A DNA stretch of 64,000 bases from Octopus vulgaris (lineage: Eukaryota): assembly GCA_951406725.2 (NCBI GenBank), contig OX597840.1, forward strand, positions 12,834,001-12,898,000. The letters are read 5' to 3'. Position 1 is the stretch's first letter; the number at the start of each line of letters is the position of its first letter. The notes beneath the pieces are model-generated. The model did no database searches and had not been told where the DNA came from. It worked only from the letters and a program-made list of their open reading frames with translations. Below, piece by piece: positions 26,143 to 39,610 of the stretch. Both the position numbers and the translations under genes were made by a program.

Positions 26143-29100
26143 TTTTATAGGATTAATTATAGGATTTTATAAGATAAATTATAGGATGTCATAGGATTAA
26201 TTATAGGATATTATAGGATTAATTATAGGATATTATAGGATTGATAACAAGGTATTATAGGATTGATTATAGGATATTATAGGATTAATTATAGGATATT
26301 ATAGGATTAATTATAGGATATTATAAGATTAATTATAGGATATTATAGGATTAATTATAGGATATTATATGTTTAATTATAGGATATTATAGGATTAATA
26401 ATGGGATATTATATGATTAATTATAGGACATTATAGGATAAATTATAGGATTAATTATAGGATATTATAAGATTAATTATAGGATATTATAGGATTAATT
26501 ATAGGATATTATAATATTAATTATAGGATTAATTATAGGATATTATAAGATTAATTATAGGATATTATAGGAGTAATTATAGGATATTATAAGATTAATT
26601 ATAGGATATCATAGGATTAATTATAGGATATTATATGTTTAATTATAGGATATTATAGGATTAATAATAGGATATTATATGATTAATTATAGGACATTAT
26701 AGAATAAATTATAGGATTAATTATAGGATATTATAAGATTAATTATAGGATATTATAGTATTAATTATAGGTTATTATAGGATTAATTAGAGGATATTAT
26801 AGGATTTATTATTGGATATGATGCGATTAATTATAGGATTTTATCGGATTAATTATAGGATGTTATAGGATTAATTATAGGATATTATAAGATTAATTAT
26901 AGGATATTATAGGATTTATTATAGGATATTATAATATTAATTATAGGATTAATTATAGGATATTATAAGATTAATTATAGGATATTATAGGAGTAATTAT
27001 AGGATATTATAAGATTAATTATAGGATATCATAGGATTAATTATAGGATATTATATGTTTAATTATAGGATATTATAGGATTAATAATAGGATATTATAT
27101 GATTAATTATAGGACATTATAGAATAAATTATAGGATTAATTATAGGATATTATAAGATTAATTATAGGATATTATAGTATTAATTATAGGTTATTATAG
27201 GATTAATTAGAGGATATTATAGGATTTATTATTGGATATGATGCAATTAATTATAGGATTTTATCGGATTAATTATAGGATGTTATAGGATTAATTATAG
27301 GATATTATAAGATTAATTATAGGATATTATAGGATTTATTATAGGATATTATAAACTTAATTATAGGATATTTTAAGATTATTTATTGGATATTATAGGT
27401 ATAATTATAGGATTTTATAGGATTCATTATAGGATATTATAAGATTAATAATAGAATATTATAGGATTAATTATAGGATATTATAGGAATGATTATAGGA
27501 AATTATAGGATTGATAACAGGGTCTTTTATGATTATTTAATAATGGGATATTATAGATCAATTTTAGGATATCATAGGATTAATTATAGGATGTTGTGGT
27601 ATTGATTATAGGTTATTATAAGATTAATTATAGTATATTATTGGATTAATTATAGAATTAACTATAGGATATTATAAGATTAATTGTAGGATATTATTGG
27701 ATTAATTATAGAATATTATGAGATTAATTATAGGATTAATTATAGGAATAACTATAGGATATTATAGGATTAATTATAGGATATTATAGAATTAATCATA
27801 GGATATTATAAGATTAATTATAGGATATTATAAGAATAATTATAGGATATTATAGGATTAATTATAGGATATTATAAGATTAATTATAGGATATTTTAGG
27901 ATTAATTATAGGATATTATAGGAATAATTATAGGATATTATAGGATTAATTATAGAGTATTATAGGATTAATTATAGGATATTATAAGATTAATTATAGG
28001 ATATCATAGGAATAATTATAGCATATTATAAGATTAATTATAGGAGATTATATGTTTAATTATAGGATATTATAGGATTAATTATAGGATATTATATGAT
28101 TAATTATAGGATATTACAGGATTAATTAGAGGATATTATAGGATTAATTATTGGATATTGAAGGGATAATTATAGGATATTATAAGATTAATTGTAGGAT
28201 ACTATTGGATTAATTATAGGATAATACATGATTAATTATAGGATATTATAGGATTAATTATAGAATATTATAAGATTAATTATAGGATATGATGCGATGA
28301 ATTAAAGGATTTTATAGGATTAATTATAGGATTAATTATAGGGTATTATAGGATTAATTATAGGATATTATAAGATCAATTATACGATATTAGAGGATTT
28401 ATTATAGGATATTATAAACTTAATTATAGGATATTTTAAGATTATTTATTGGATATTATAGGAATAATTATAGGATTTTATAGGATTAATTATAGGATAT
28501 TATAAGATTAATTATAGGATATTATAGGATTAATTATAGGATATTATAGGATTGATTACAGGGTCTTTTAGGATTAGTTAATAATGGGATAGTATAGATT
28601 AATTTTAGGATATCATAGGATTCATTATAGGATATTATAGGATTGATTACACGGTATTATAGGATTAATTATAGGATATTGTGGTATTGATTATAGGTTA
28701 TTATAAGATTAATTATAGGATTAATTATAGGATTTGTAGGATTGATTACAGGGTATTATAAGATTAATTATAGGTTATTATAGGATTAATTATAGGATAT
28801 TATAGGATTAATTAAAGGATATTATAGGAATAATCATAGGATATTATAGGATTAATTATAGGGTATTATAGGATTAATCATAGGATGTTATAAGATTAAT
28901 TATATGATATTACAAGATTAATTACAGGTTATTATAGGATTAATTATAGGATATTATTAGAATAATTATAGGATATTATAGGATTAATTATAGGATGTTA
29001 TAAGATTAATTATAAGATATCATAGGATTAATTATAGGATATTATAAGATTAATTATAGGATATTAAAGTATTAATTATAGGATATTATAAGATTAATTA

Positions 29101-30215
29101 TAGGATATTATAGGATTAATTACAGGGTATTATAGGATTAATTATAGGATATTATAATAATATTTATAGGATATTAGAGGATTTAATATAAATATATTGT
29201 AATTGTTGTGTGAGAAAGTATATATACTATGATTATAAAATATAGTGTGCATTTCAAAAACAAAAAACAAAACATTTTACATTCCATTTTTTATGAATGT
29301 GGTCACTTACTCTCTCTCTCCCTCTCTCGCCTTGTCTTTCCCATGAAACTCTCTGCCTCCTTCTTCCACTTTTCTTCTTATTTTTTTGTTAGACACTGGC
29401 AAAAAAGCTAAGTTCGATATTTTTTGTTGCTTAAAGCTATGTCTGAAATTAGATATTTACGCTACCCACGGATCCCTCGGAGAAAAAAATAAGTTGACAA
29501 AACCCAGATAGGGTGTTGACAAATGTCCTAAAATTTGAGCTACATGCATGCTAATTTGTGGATGTGCATAAATTACTATCCCGTACACACACACACGCAC
29601 ACAGATCCACCCTTTTATAGATATGATTATAGGATATTAAAGGATTAATTACAGGATATTAAAGGATTAATTATAGGATATTATAAGATTAATTATAGGA
29701 TATTATAGGATTGATTATAGAATATTATTGGATTGATTATAAGATATTATAGGATCAATTATAGGATATTATAGGATTAATTATAGGATATTATAGGATT
29801 ATAGGATTATAGGATACTAGCATTATGACCCGGCGTTGCTGGGTCATAGTTCTAGTGTATGTATATATGTCTATATATATTGTACATATTACATGTACTT
29901 CTATATATATACATCTACACATAAAATGCAAAGTTATATCTTGATATCACTAGTGATAACAATACTCAAAATATATAACAGACTGGAATTGTAGGCCCGT
30001 CTCTTGCAATGACACTCCCCGGACCGTAAGTAAGGCATGAGCAAAATTTGAATGAAATTGGTTGTGTAGTTCTCAAGTTTTAGGGAAACACACAGAGAGA
30101 CAGACGGACAGACAGACAGACACACACACATTCTCAGTTTTATATATATAGAGCTTATAGGATTAATTATAGGATATTATAGGATTGATTATAGGATATT
30201 ATAGGATTGATTATG
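26143..30215. repeat. ~22-bp AT-rich minisatellite/satellite (TTATAGGATTAATTATAGGATA)n with two insertions
   Basis: Directly visible alternating 12+10-nt subunits. Interrupted at ~29190-29625 and 29817-30152. Confidence 0.97.
29817..30152 (-). mobile_element. Non-autonomous Helitron-like element inserted in the satellite
   Basis: Minus strand begins TCTATATATATAAAACTGAGAATGTGTG..(TCTG)n and ends with the hairpin ACCCAGCAACGCCGGGT followed by ..CTAG|T. No TSD. Confidence 0.7.
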
Positions 30216-30317
30216 AAAATTTCATTGTTTGTGTAATTCTTTCTATTATTTCTATCTTGTAAAAAATTTTATTGACTTAAGTTTCTAGAATTCTTATTGT
30301 CATTTATTATATTGCAG

Positions 30318-31328
30318 AATTATTTTAGACCAAACCCCAAAATCCTTGTTGGAGAGGAAGCTGAAAAGAATAAAACTGTTCTTAATTTGCAGAATCCCAT
30401 TAAACATGGTCTTATTACTCACTGGGAGAATATGGAGAAAATCTGGCAACATGCATTCGAAGAGTTGAAAGTTGCAGCCGAAGACTATGCTGTCTTGTTG
30501 ACTGAGCCTGTCAGTAACTCTGAAACAAACAGAGCGAATATGGTTGAAATTATGTTTGAAAAGTTTCAAGTTCGTGCAGTAATGGTGGCTAATCAAGCTG
30601 CTTTGTCCCTCTTTGATTCTGGCCGTGTCACAGGTATTTCTGTGAATGTAGGCCATGGTATCACCCAAGTTGTCCCTATTTATGGAGCTTCAACTATAAA
30701 AGGAGCTACTTTCTGTCAGCATCAGAATATTACTGGTCTTGCCTTGAGAGATAACCTTAGAAGTATCTTGACTGAACGTGGCTACAGGTATGGTGACTCA
30801 ATGTCAGAAAACAGAACGTTAAATGACATCAAAGAGAAGCTCTGCTATGTTGCTCTAGACTTTGAACAAGAAATGCAGGCAGCAAAGTCTTCTAAAGCTT
30901 TGGAAAAGAGTCATGAACAATCTGATGGACAAATCATTACCATTGGCAATGAACGATTTCGAGTCCCAGAAGCTATTTTCAGCCCTTCTGATGGTGTTCA
31001 TGAGATGACTTATAACTCAATCATGAAATGTGATGAGGAAATTAGGAGAGATCTGTTTGCCAACATTGTGTTGTCTGGTGGTTCAACAATGTTTCCAGGT
31101 TTTGTTGAGCGTATGAAAAAGGAAATCAGTGCCTTGGCACCACCTAACACTGAAGTTAATATCATTGCTCTACCAGAACGTGAATACTCTCCATGGATTG
31201 GGGGTTCTAGATTGGCTAGTAGACCTCCCACTGATGATCTGTGGATTACAAAAGAAGAATATAAAGAATCTGACGCATCTCATGTCTGTAGGAAACATAT
31301 ACATAAAATGGAAAATTTGAGTCCTTAG
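30318..31328 (+). CDS. Divergent actin-like protein, coding exon 2 (336 codons + stop)
   Basis: Uninterrupted ORF with [85 protein letters not shown] and WIGGS. The acceptor TTATTATATTGCAG|AAT at 30317/30318 is phase 0. The ORF-track start at 30297 is a TTG lying in the intron. Confidence 0.93.
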   Translation, partial: NYFRPNPKILVGEEAEKNKTVLNLQNPIKHGLITHWENMEKIWQHAFEELKVAAEDYAVLLTEPVSNSETNRANMVEIMFEKFQVRAVMVANQAALSLFDSGRVTGISVNVGHGITQVVPIYGASTIKGATFCQHQNITGLALRDNLRSILTERGYRYGDSMSENRTLNDIKEKLCYVALDFEQEMQAAKSSKALEKSHEQSDGQIITIGNERFRVPEAIFSPSDGVHEMTYNSIMKCDEEIRRDLFANIVLSGGSTMFPGFVERMKKEISALAPPNTEVNIIALPEREYSPWIGGSRLASRPPTDDLWITKEEYKESDASHVCRKHIHKMENLSP

Positions 31329-31427
31329 TATGTATATATGGCACAATGTGATAGGCCAGAGCTGGAAGCTGAATGTTTAACTTTCAGCCCTTCAATGACA
31401 ATTAATAAGAGATATTAATGAAATCCT

Positions 31428-31636
31428 ACTAACCCTTTTAATACTAACCCACCTGAGAGTAACCCTGATTCTATGATAAAAGCTGCCTGTTTTAAAGTGA
31501 TTTCAATTAAAATCTTCCATGAAATATTTGCGTTAATGTATGTTTGAAATGCCAGTTTCATAACGACAAAGTTATTTTGACTAAATTCTTCATAATTTTT
31601 GTATCTTAAAAGAAATCTGGTAACAAATGGATTTAA
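31428..31636. mobile_element. Possible TTAA-type MITE relic
   Basis: Ends CTAACCCTTT.. / ..AAATGGATTTAA. A related partial copy lies at ~51175-51325. Confidence 0.4.
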
Positions 31637-32039
31637 TTAGTACTAACATATTTTGTTAGCAATATTCCTCTCTGGAACCTATTTTCAGTATTATAAGTTT
31701 GTTATTAATGGTAAGATAATGTTGTCCTAAACTGCCATGTAACCATAAAATTTGAGTAAAATGTTGATTTTTGTGTGATCTGAACTTTAATAAAGAATTT
31801 AATAAAAATAGTGTTCTGTTGTTTTTGATGCACTTTAGAGAATGTTTCATCATAACAGCCCAACAGCAATGTCTGAAGGGAGAGCAAGTGAGTGTGTGTG
31901 TGTGTGTGTGTGTATGGTAACTTCTGTATATGTGTGTAAGTATATGTGCCTTAGTAATATTCCCACAGAAAGACACATTGCCACCCAAGTGGATTCCCAA
32001 GTCAAGCACTGACTCTAAGTTTGGGATTGCAATACTCCC

Positions 32040-32830
32040 TGCTCCTGTGCATTCCAAGTGGAATCTGTAGGGTGATATCAAAATGCTTGCAATTTATCAG
32101 CATTAGACTTTATGTTGCTTTCTTCAGACCATTTGTATATTACGTTCCTATCATTCTGTAGTCCTTGAGACTTTGTAATACTCAGATATCATCAGCAGAG
32201 CTGGTTAGACTGTCTGACTGAGAGCATGGGTGGGAGAGCCTCTATGAACAGCAGTGATCCCCATACAGTTCCCTGGCTAGGGATCCTTTTGCAATGACTT
32301 TCTGTAATGCAGTCATGTCCCCAGTTTCCCTGTAATACAAGGGTCATACAATTTGTGACCATATCATTCCATGATCGACATTTGTCAGGGCCTTGGCAAA
32401 GTTGAGATACATCACATCGATATTTGAACAGTTGAGCTGTTGATTAATTATTCGTTTTTAATATATTTCTTTACTACCCACAAGGAGCTAAACACAGAGT
32501 GGACAAACAAGGACAGACAGATGGATTAAGTCGATTACATCGACTCCAGTGCGTAACTGGAACTTAATTTATCGACCGCGAAAGGATGAAAGGCAAAGTC
32601 GACCTTGGCGGAATTTGAACCATGAACGTAACGGCAGACGAAATACAGCTACGCATTTCGCCCGGCGTGCTAACGTTTCTGCCAGTTCGAATATGCGATT
32701 AATTATGCAAGGGAGCTTCTTATTAAAGGGTAGCCATGCTGCATGTTAGTGAGCAAGATATTTTCTTCAAAGAATGTGATCATCTTCCTTCTGACAATGT
32801 GTTCCATGGCTTTGCTAACATCAAGGTAAG
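32040..32830 (-). mobile_element. CR1-like LINE RT fragment interrupted by a SINE (~32462-32690)
   Basis: Minus strand reads MEHIVRRKMITFFEENILLTNMQHG, then DVMYLNFAKA..VDHG and QGTVWGSLLF (cf. YLDFAKAFDKVDH, QGTVLGPLLF). Confidence 0.7.
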
Positions 32831-32836
32831 ATGTGT

Positions 32837-32886
<50 letters not shown>

Positions 32887-33153
32887 ATCATTATACCTGT
32901 CTTTGTTCCCTGCCACTGCTTGAAAACCGATGTTGGTGTGTTTATATCTCCATAACTTAGTAGTTCAACAATAGAGTTTGACAGAATAGGTACCAGGCTT
33001 GGGAAAAACTAAGTACTGGGGTCGATTTCTTTGACTACAACCCTTCAAGGCCCTGCCCCAGTATGGCCACAGTCTAATGTCTGAAGCAAGTAAAAGATAA
33101 AAGATACACACACACACACATATAATCAAAATATGCAACAGGATATCAAGTAA

Positions 33154-33239
33154 TGCAGTACGACTGTTTCAAGCAGCTCCATTTAATTTAACAATGCAAT
33201 CAGTACATCAATTTTAATGTAATGCCATCTTCAGCTGTA
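33154..33239 (-). ncRNA. Putative type I hammerhead ribozyme (degenerate stem II)
   Basis: Minus strand: TACAG-CTGAAGA-tGGCA..TGCTt-GAA-AC-agtc-GT-A-CTGCA. Confidence 0.5.
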
Positions 33240-33747
33240 CAAATAAATGAATGGAATTTTAACATGTAGGGCACATTAATATAATTTTTCTTAAATATTT
33301 TAACAGAGTAAGAAGATGGAAGAAATTCATGTTGTCACTATTGTAGCTAAGAATAGACTACAACTTCTAGGAATTGCACGGAGCATAATGAGGTCATAAT
33401 GTTGTAAGGGTTGTAATTCATTTCTAATTCATTTATCTCTTTATCAACTTCTAAATCTGACTTGAAGAATGTGTCCATTTTGAATAAAGGACAAGAGTGA
33501 ATTGACAGCTAGTGGCTAGGTGTAGTCATAAATATTATCACCTTACTTTTGGCTGGTCTGACTTAGGGATTCAACTTAAGTACCCAATTCAACTGAATCT
33601 CAATTATTTCATTTATATATATGTATAACTGTTGACATGTATTGATCCACTGCCTCAGCCTGAAAATTAACAATCAATCAGAGAGGGGCCAGTGTCTCCC
33701 GTGTAAACATCATGGTGTCTGGGACCAATATCATAATGGTGCTATAT

Positions 33748-34020
33748 CTTTTTGTCCGACGTCACTTTGTCCAGTGTCTTTTCGTCCATATCTTTTCGTC
33801 TGACGTCTTTTTGTCCGATGATGTTTTTGTCCAAATACAAATCCTATAAATAAAATTTCCAATGATTATTTGATTTTGTTGTTCACTTTGTTTTCTAAAG
33901 ATTTTATTTAAAATTGGACAAAATGTCGTTGGACAAAAAAATCATTGAACAAAAGGATAATGGACCAAAATAAGTGGATGAAGTGACATTGGACAAAGTG
34001 GCTTTGGAGACGAAAATTCG
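33748..34020. mobile_element. Foldback-like MITE with inverted arrays of ~15-bp subrepeats
   Basis: The left arm repeats TTTTGTCC at ~15-nt spacing and the right arm repeats TGGACAAAA, with an AT-rich spacer between them. Confidence 0.6.
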
Positions 34021-34271
34021 GGTCATGTATCATAACATACAGCACCACCATGTGAAAATACATCATACCATCCAACAGTTGGACAGTTGCTTGCATTTAA
34101 CTCCATTTCTTAAATTAGCTTTGTTATTCAAAAGCATTTCACTAAACCCTGGAACTCCTACCTTTATAAGTAGGCTGTAACATCTTGGTACTTATGTGAA
34201 TTTTTGCTACTCTGGTAACTATTTATTTATTTTTTCTGTGTTATTTGTACACATAAATTGAAAAATACACA

Positions 34272-34314
<43 letters not shown>

Positions 34315-34349
34315 ACATATATATGTATGTACGTATGTATATATATATA

Positions 34350-34955
34350 TAATACAAAATGGGACAAGAACACAAAACATCCGGACAGCTAGGTGATACA
34401 AAAAGGGACAACAAAACATCCAGAGAGACGATACAAAGAAAACAAGGATGGGTCATTAGAAGCCCTCTATCCACAGTCAAGCATCTGATTATCATCCCAA
34501 TTTCGGCTGATTATTCTTGAGATTGCTCCAATCTGGCCAGAGCCAAGGAAAAACTAAGCTAAGAGCATTAGATTCCTTGGAAGAAAGCAGCGAATGTATA
34601 CAAAAACAAGGAAGGAGAAAACGGAGAAATGTTACACAAATACAAATGCAATAAAGATAATAACAGGATATAACAACAAGTGTCTTTCGACTAAGGATGA
34701 AATGAATTAAGCTGGCGCATGTGGAAATGAAGCCTTATGGCAGAGATACAAAATTTTCACAAACACAGAGAAGAATATTGATGTTGCATGGACGGTGGTC
34801 TGAAATTGTGATGATAATCTGGTTATTGACTGAGGATAGAGGGCTTCCAATCACCCATCCTTGTTTTCTTTGTATCATCTATCTGGATGTTTTGTTGTCC
34901 TTTTTTGTATCACCTAACTGTCCGGATGCTTTGCGTTCTTGTCCCATTTTGTATT
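34350..34955. repeat. Repeat with ~155-bp inverted arms (PLE-type inverted end)
   Basis: AATACAAAATGGGACAAGAAC..ATTATCATCCCAATTTC (34351-34504) is mirrored at 34802-34955. Confidence 0.8.
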
Positions 34956-34964
34956 CTCTCTTTT

Positions 34965-35321
34965 TCTCTTTTACTTGTTTCAGTCATTTGACTGTGGCCA
35001 TACTGGAGCACCACCTTTAGTCGAGCAAATCGACCCTGGGACTTTTTCTTTGTAAGTCCAGTACTTATTCTATCGGTCTCTTTTGCCGAACCGCTAAGTG
35101 ACGGGGACATAGACACACCAGCATCGGTTAAACACAGAAACACAAACATACACACACACACATACACATATATTTACATATATATGACAGGCTTCTTTCA
35201 GTTTCCGTCTACCAAATCCACTCACAAGGCATTTGTCGTCCCAAGACAATAGCAGAAGACACTTGCCCAAGATGCCACGCAGTGGGACTGAACCCGGAAC
35301 CACATGGTTGGTTAGCAAGCT
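34965..35321 (-). mobile_element. tRNA-derived (CORE-like) SINE
   Basis: Same family as 3833-4188. Confidence 0.85.
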
Positions 35322-35334
35322 ATATATATATAAA

Positions 35335-36313
35335 ATGAGATAGAGGTTGTAAATTCAACCCTCCATGGGATGACATATATCCAATATACTGCTAGAGAGG
35401 TACCCAACAAAACTAATACATAAATGTTAAAAATTGCGATGCAATTAATTCATCTACAGTATTATGTGGGCAAGAGTAAAATTATTACCGTAAATTAATA
35501 ATACAAAATGAGAAAATGGAGAAACATATCTAAATCAATTATGAACCCTCAGATAATACCCACTCAGTACTTTATTAAACCATTACACAACAGCAATGAC
35601 ATTATACATAATATATTACAAATATAACTAGACATAGAAATAGAAATAGAAAATACAATTACATTGTAGCTGACAGCTGTTTCGGCTGTGAAGACAGGTA
35701 TGTCCCATTTAACCTATTAGCCATATAAAGTAGGTATAAATGAGACATTAACAAGTATGTCTCACGGCCTCTTCAGAGAATTTAATGTAATATGAAAAAA
35801 ATTTACATATAAATATAAAAATGTGTGCATAGACACTCATAATTCTACACATATATATATACACAATAATACAATATAAACAATATATATCAATATACAT
35901 TAACAAACACAATAATGTTCCATGTTGAACTCATAGTTCTATATCCAACATCAAGGAAATACATGTACGCTCACATATAAATTTAAAGCAGGCATATATA
36001 TTTAATTTAACAGTCCAGTCTATTAAAATGTATAACCACACAAAAAGTCAATAAAATTAATATTAATATTAATAATAATAATAATAATAACAACCATGAT
36101 TGTACCATGTAAAGCAAGCGGACATCCACATATATACTCAATAAGTCGATTTCATCCGTCCGCTTGGTATTGATTTTCATAGATAGATTCGATTGGCTTA
36201 TAGTTTTAAATTTGAATCACAATGGAAATTTTACGGTTAGTTAGCCAAGAAACACACATACGCACACGCACATCCACAGATCGTGCGCACATACATACAT
36301 AGTCATATGTATA

Positions 36314-36350
<37 letters not shown>

Positions 36351-38580
36351 ACATACATAGCCACATACACAGCCAAATCATAAATAAATAAATAAACAAT
36401 ATAAGAGGTAGAATCGCAACTATACACATGCAAAACAGAGGAACCCAACCGATTGCACATACATGCATGCAGACATCAAGCCACCCCAAACGACACAATG
36501 GTTGTGGTATTAACTAAGTAGATCCACTCACATATTTCCATAAAACAGTAAATGCAAACATACATATAATTATATCCAGATAGAGAATGTAATTTTTTAT
36601 AAGGTACATAATTCATATGACACCGTATTTTTCGTAAACATAGTATTTTATAACTAAAAAGTCCACAAACTTAACCGCTATGCTTTATTCAAACAATCGC
36701 TAAATTATAAAGTATAGAATACTCATTTCTGTTTGACTATCAAGAGACATAAAAATATATATATACTAAGTTAACAACGGTTTGTAATAATTGAATTATA
36801 AGAGATTAATTGTAAGAAGTCAAAATACGCTAATATTCTAAGATATATAATCAAAATAACTCCTTATAGCATAAAGAGATATCATCCCCACATAATAAAT
36901 CCAATGTTATTACGATACTAAAATTTTTCTATTTAAACCCTCACCAACGAACTAATAGAATTACACTCACATCTACATGTCCATATGTATACTCATGTGT
37001 AACAACAGACATACACATACACACCATATATTTTCACATATGATGTGCGTGTAAACATTCGTAGTACTTATATATATATATATATTTTTAAGCAACAGTG
37101 GACACATAAATACATATATAATAATTAACAGGATTTAGCATTAAATAATATCAGTGGAGGACTTACCAATAAATAGTATATAAGTAAATAACAAAAATTA
37201 AATTAATTATAAGTTAATAATTGTAATTACTTCAAATTAAAATGTAATAAGATAAAATAAGATGAAATAATTAAAATTAAAATGAAAATATAAGTAAAAG
37301 CTTGTATACATATATATATATATTATTATAATAAATAATGGATATGTATGTATATATCTACATATAAATAAATAAATGAATAAATAAATAGATAAATACC
37401 ATAGAAAACAAATTAAGATAAATACAAAGGTACACCTAATATATAGTACTGCTAATATGTATATATCCACATATGCATAAATGTATAGATAGATAGATAA
37501 ATAACATAAAATAAAATGAAAATATACATTGAAAAGAGTACATATATAAACTTAGTATACAGGCTACTATTATGTAAATATTTACCCATAGATAAATGAA
37601 TAAATAAATAGATAAATAACATAAAGTACAAATCAAGATGAGTACAAATATAGACTAAATATATAAGACTGCTAATATGTATAAAGCCAAATGTAAGTAA
37701 ATGAATAGATTTATTAATAAATAACATAAGATACAAATTAAGATGAGTACAAAGATACACTAAATATACAATATATAAGACTGCCAAATAAATACCTGCA
37801 AAAACCCATATACTCATCCAAAACAAACAATATTCAATATAGACTCTCATTTATTACATATTAGTATTACAGTATCTAAAACCAGGTTCTCTAACTATGA
37901 TACTTATACACACTCTACAATTTTGGAAATCCCCAAGAGTATCCTATTTCTGTGTATATACCAAAATGTATATATTCTTTCATGCCACAGTGTATTTCCC
38001 TTATAAACCAGGACAAAATACCAAAAACAAAAAACAATTAATACAGAACATATATATTTATATATATGTGTAGCTACAAAATTATAAAATTATAAATTTA
38101 TAAGTTACATGTTTCAAAATTATAAAAGACTACTAGTATAATTAGATATAGAGGAAAGTTAAAATATTACTAGTAGAAAAGCTAAGTTCTATTTAAATCT
38201 AGAGAAAGTGTACGGTAGTTTATGAATGCAAAAAAATTTTTTTCGTTAATATTATTAATAATAGGCCTACCAGCTTTGATAATGAAAAAAATTTCATTAA
38301 TACATAGAGAGCATTTTTTTTTTTTTTTCTATTATATACAGGTGCAGAAGTTAGTATTTTCCAATTTAATTTAAAATCTAGGTTCTTACTTTTGAGTTCC
38401 CAAATATACGCACTTAACCCCGTAGAGTACATCTTATTTATATTTCTAAAAGTATATCTATGATAATTAAGTCTCTGTTTCATGCTGTTCATAGTTGCTC
38501 CGATGTATACCCTACTGCTAAATTGTGTATCCACAGTGCATTAATAAACTACCTCTTCCTTGAGGCATTGATTACTTTCT
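35335..38580 (-). mobile_element. 5'-truncated Penelope-like element: GIY-YIG domain plus long AT-rich 3' region ending in a hammerhead-bearing terminal repeat
   Basis: 38220-38534 encodes RVYIGATMNSMKQRLNYHRYTF..STGLSAYIWELK..LNWKIL. The hammerhead motif at 35668-35780 is on the same strand. Assigning the intervening DNA to the element is inference. Confidence 0.7.
35668..35780 (-). ncRNA. Putative type I hammerhead ribozyme
   Basis: Minus strand: TTCT-CTGAAGA-GGCCGTGA..TCACAGCC-GAA-AC-agct-GT-C-AG. Stem III is palindromic (ACAGCTGT) and the triplet is GUC. Confidence 0.68.
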
Positions 38581-38697
38581 TGAGGCATTGATAACTATAG
38601 CAATGTCACCAGACACACATCCCATAATAACAGTACCAATGACAGCTTCAGTAACAGCAGTGGCAGCAACAACCCCCAGGCCTGGAGCCAACAGAAG

Positions 38698-39069
38698 ATG
38701 AACACTACCAGCATGCAAGTTTGGAGGTATATCAGGTTAGCTGGAACTGCCTTTAAGCAGCACCTATACCACCACAGGTACTCATTCAGGATTCCAGAAA
38801 GATGGTACATCACATCCCAGGTTAACCATGTATGGTACCTTAAAGATGAAGGTACTCCACATGAAATTAAATGGAAGATCATAGAGCAACCAGGGCCTTA
38901 CATAAATGGGAGCAGACAATGCAGACTTTGCATAGCAGAGGGAGCAAAGATCCTTAAAGACTCCCTGGACCCAGATCTATTTCAAACTCTAAACATGAGA
39001 TTTATAGCCCCTGCCCCCATTTCAAATGCTACCTGCTGCAGGCATGGGGTTCCCCATTCATTGATTTGA
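38698..39069 (+). mobile_element. PLE GIY-YIG endonuclease remnant (inverted copy at 49077-49470)
   Basis: YIRLAGTAFKQHLYHHRYSF..HVWYLKDEG..IKWKIIEQ..Y..GSRQCRLCIAE..IL. Confidence 0.82.
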
Positions 39070-39610
39070 GTCAAAAAGAATCCTTGCGGACTGGAAACAG
39101 CCTAAAGGCAGAGATTACCTGTTTGGCACTTAAGTTCATAAGGTTTGCCAACTGAACTGATTTAAGGAAGATAACTCATCCTAGCTAAGCCTCAAACAGT
39201 ATTTTATTCTTTGTTTACAAATCAACTGTCTTTATTATTGTAACTTAGTGGTTTGGCAAAAGAAACCGATAGAATGATTACCATGCTTTTAAAAAATAAG
39301 TACTGGATTTGATACATTCAACTAAAATTTCTTTTAGACAGTGCTCCAGCATGGTCGCAGTCTAATGGCTGAAACTTGTAAAGGAAAAAAATAGAAAACC
39401 ATTTATATTGTGGGGAGAAAACACAGACACAAAGAAACACACATGTAACACCACATACACACACATATACACAAATACATTTTACATCGACCTATAGCAA
39501 TGTCAGATCTGTTCATTGTATTTGATAAGTGGCTGAGTACTCCTCAGTCATGTGTACCATTAATGTAAGTCGCTAGGTTATGGGGACGTAAACACACCAG
39601 CATCAGTTGT

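Noticed and set aside
26143-30215. CRISPR array or telomeric repeat
   Set aside because: There are no unique spacers or cas genes, the context is eukaryotic, and the unit is not TTAGGG/TTAGG.
30297-30317. N-terminus MSFIILQ of a single-exon 343-aa actin
   Set aside because: It starts at TTG within the acceptor tract and lacks the P1 loop, which exon 1 supplies.
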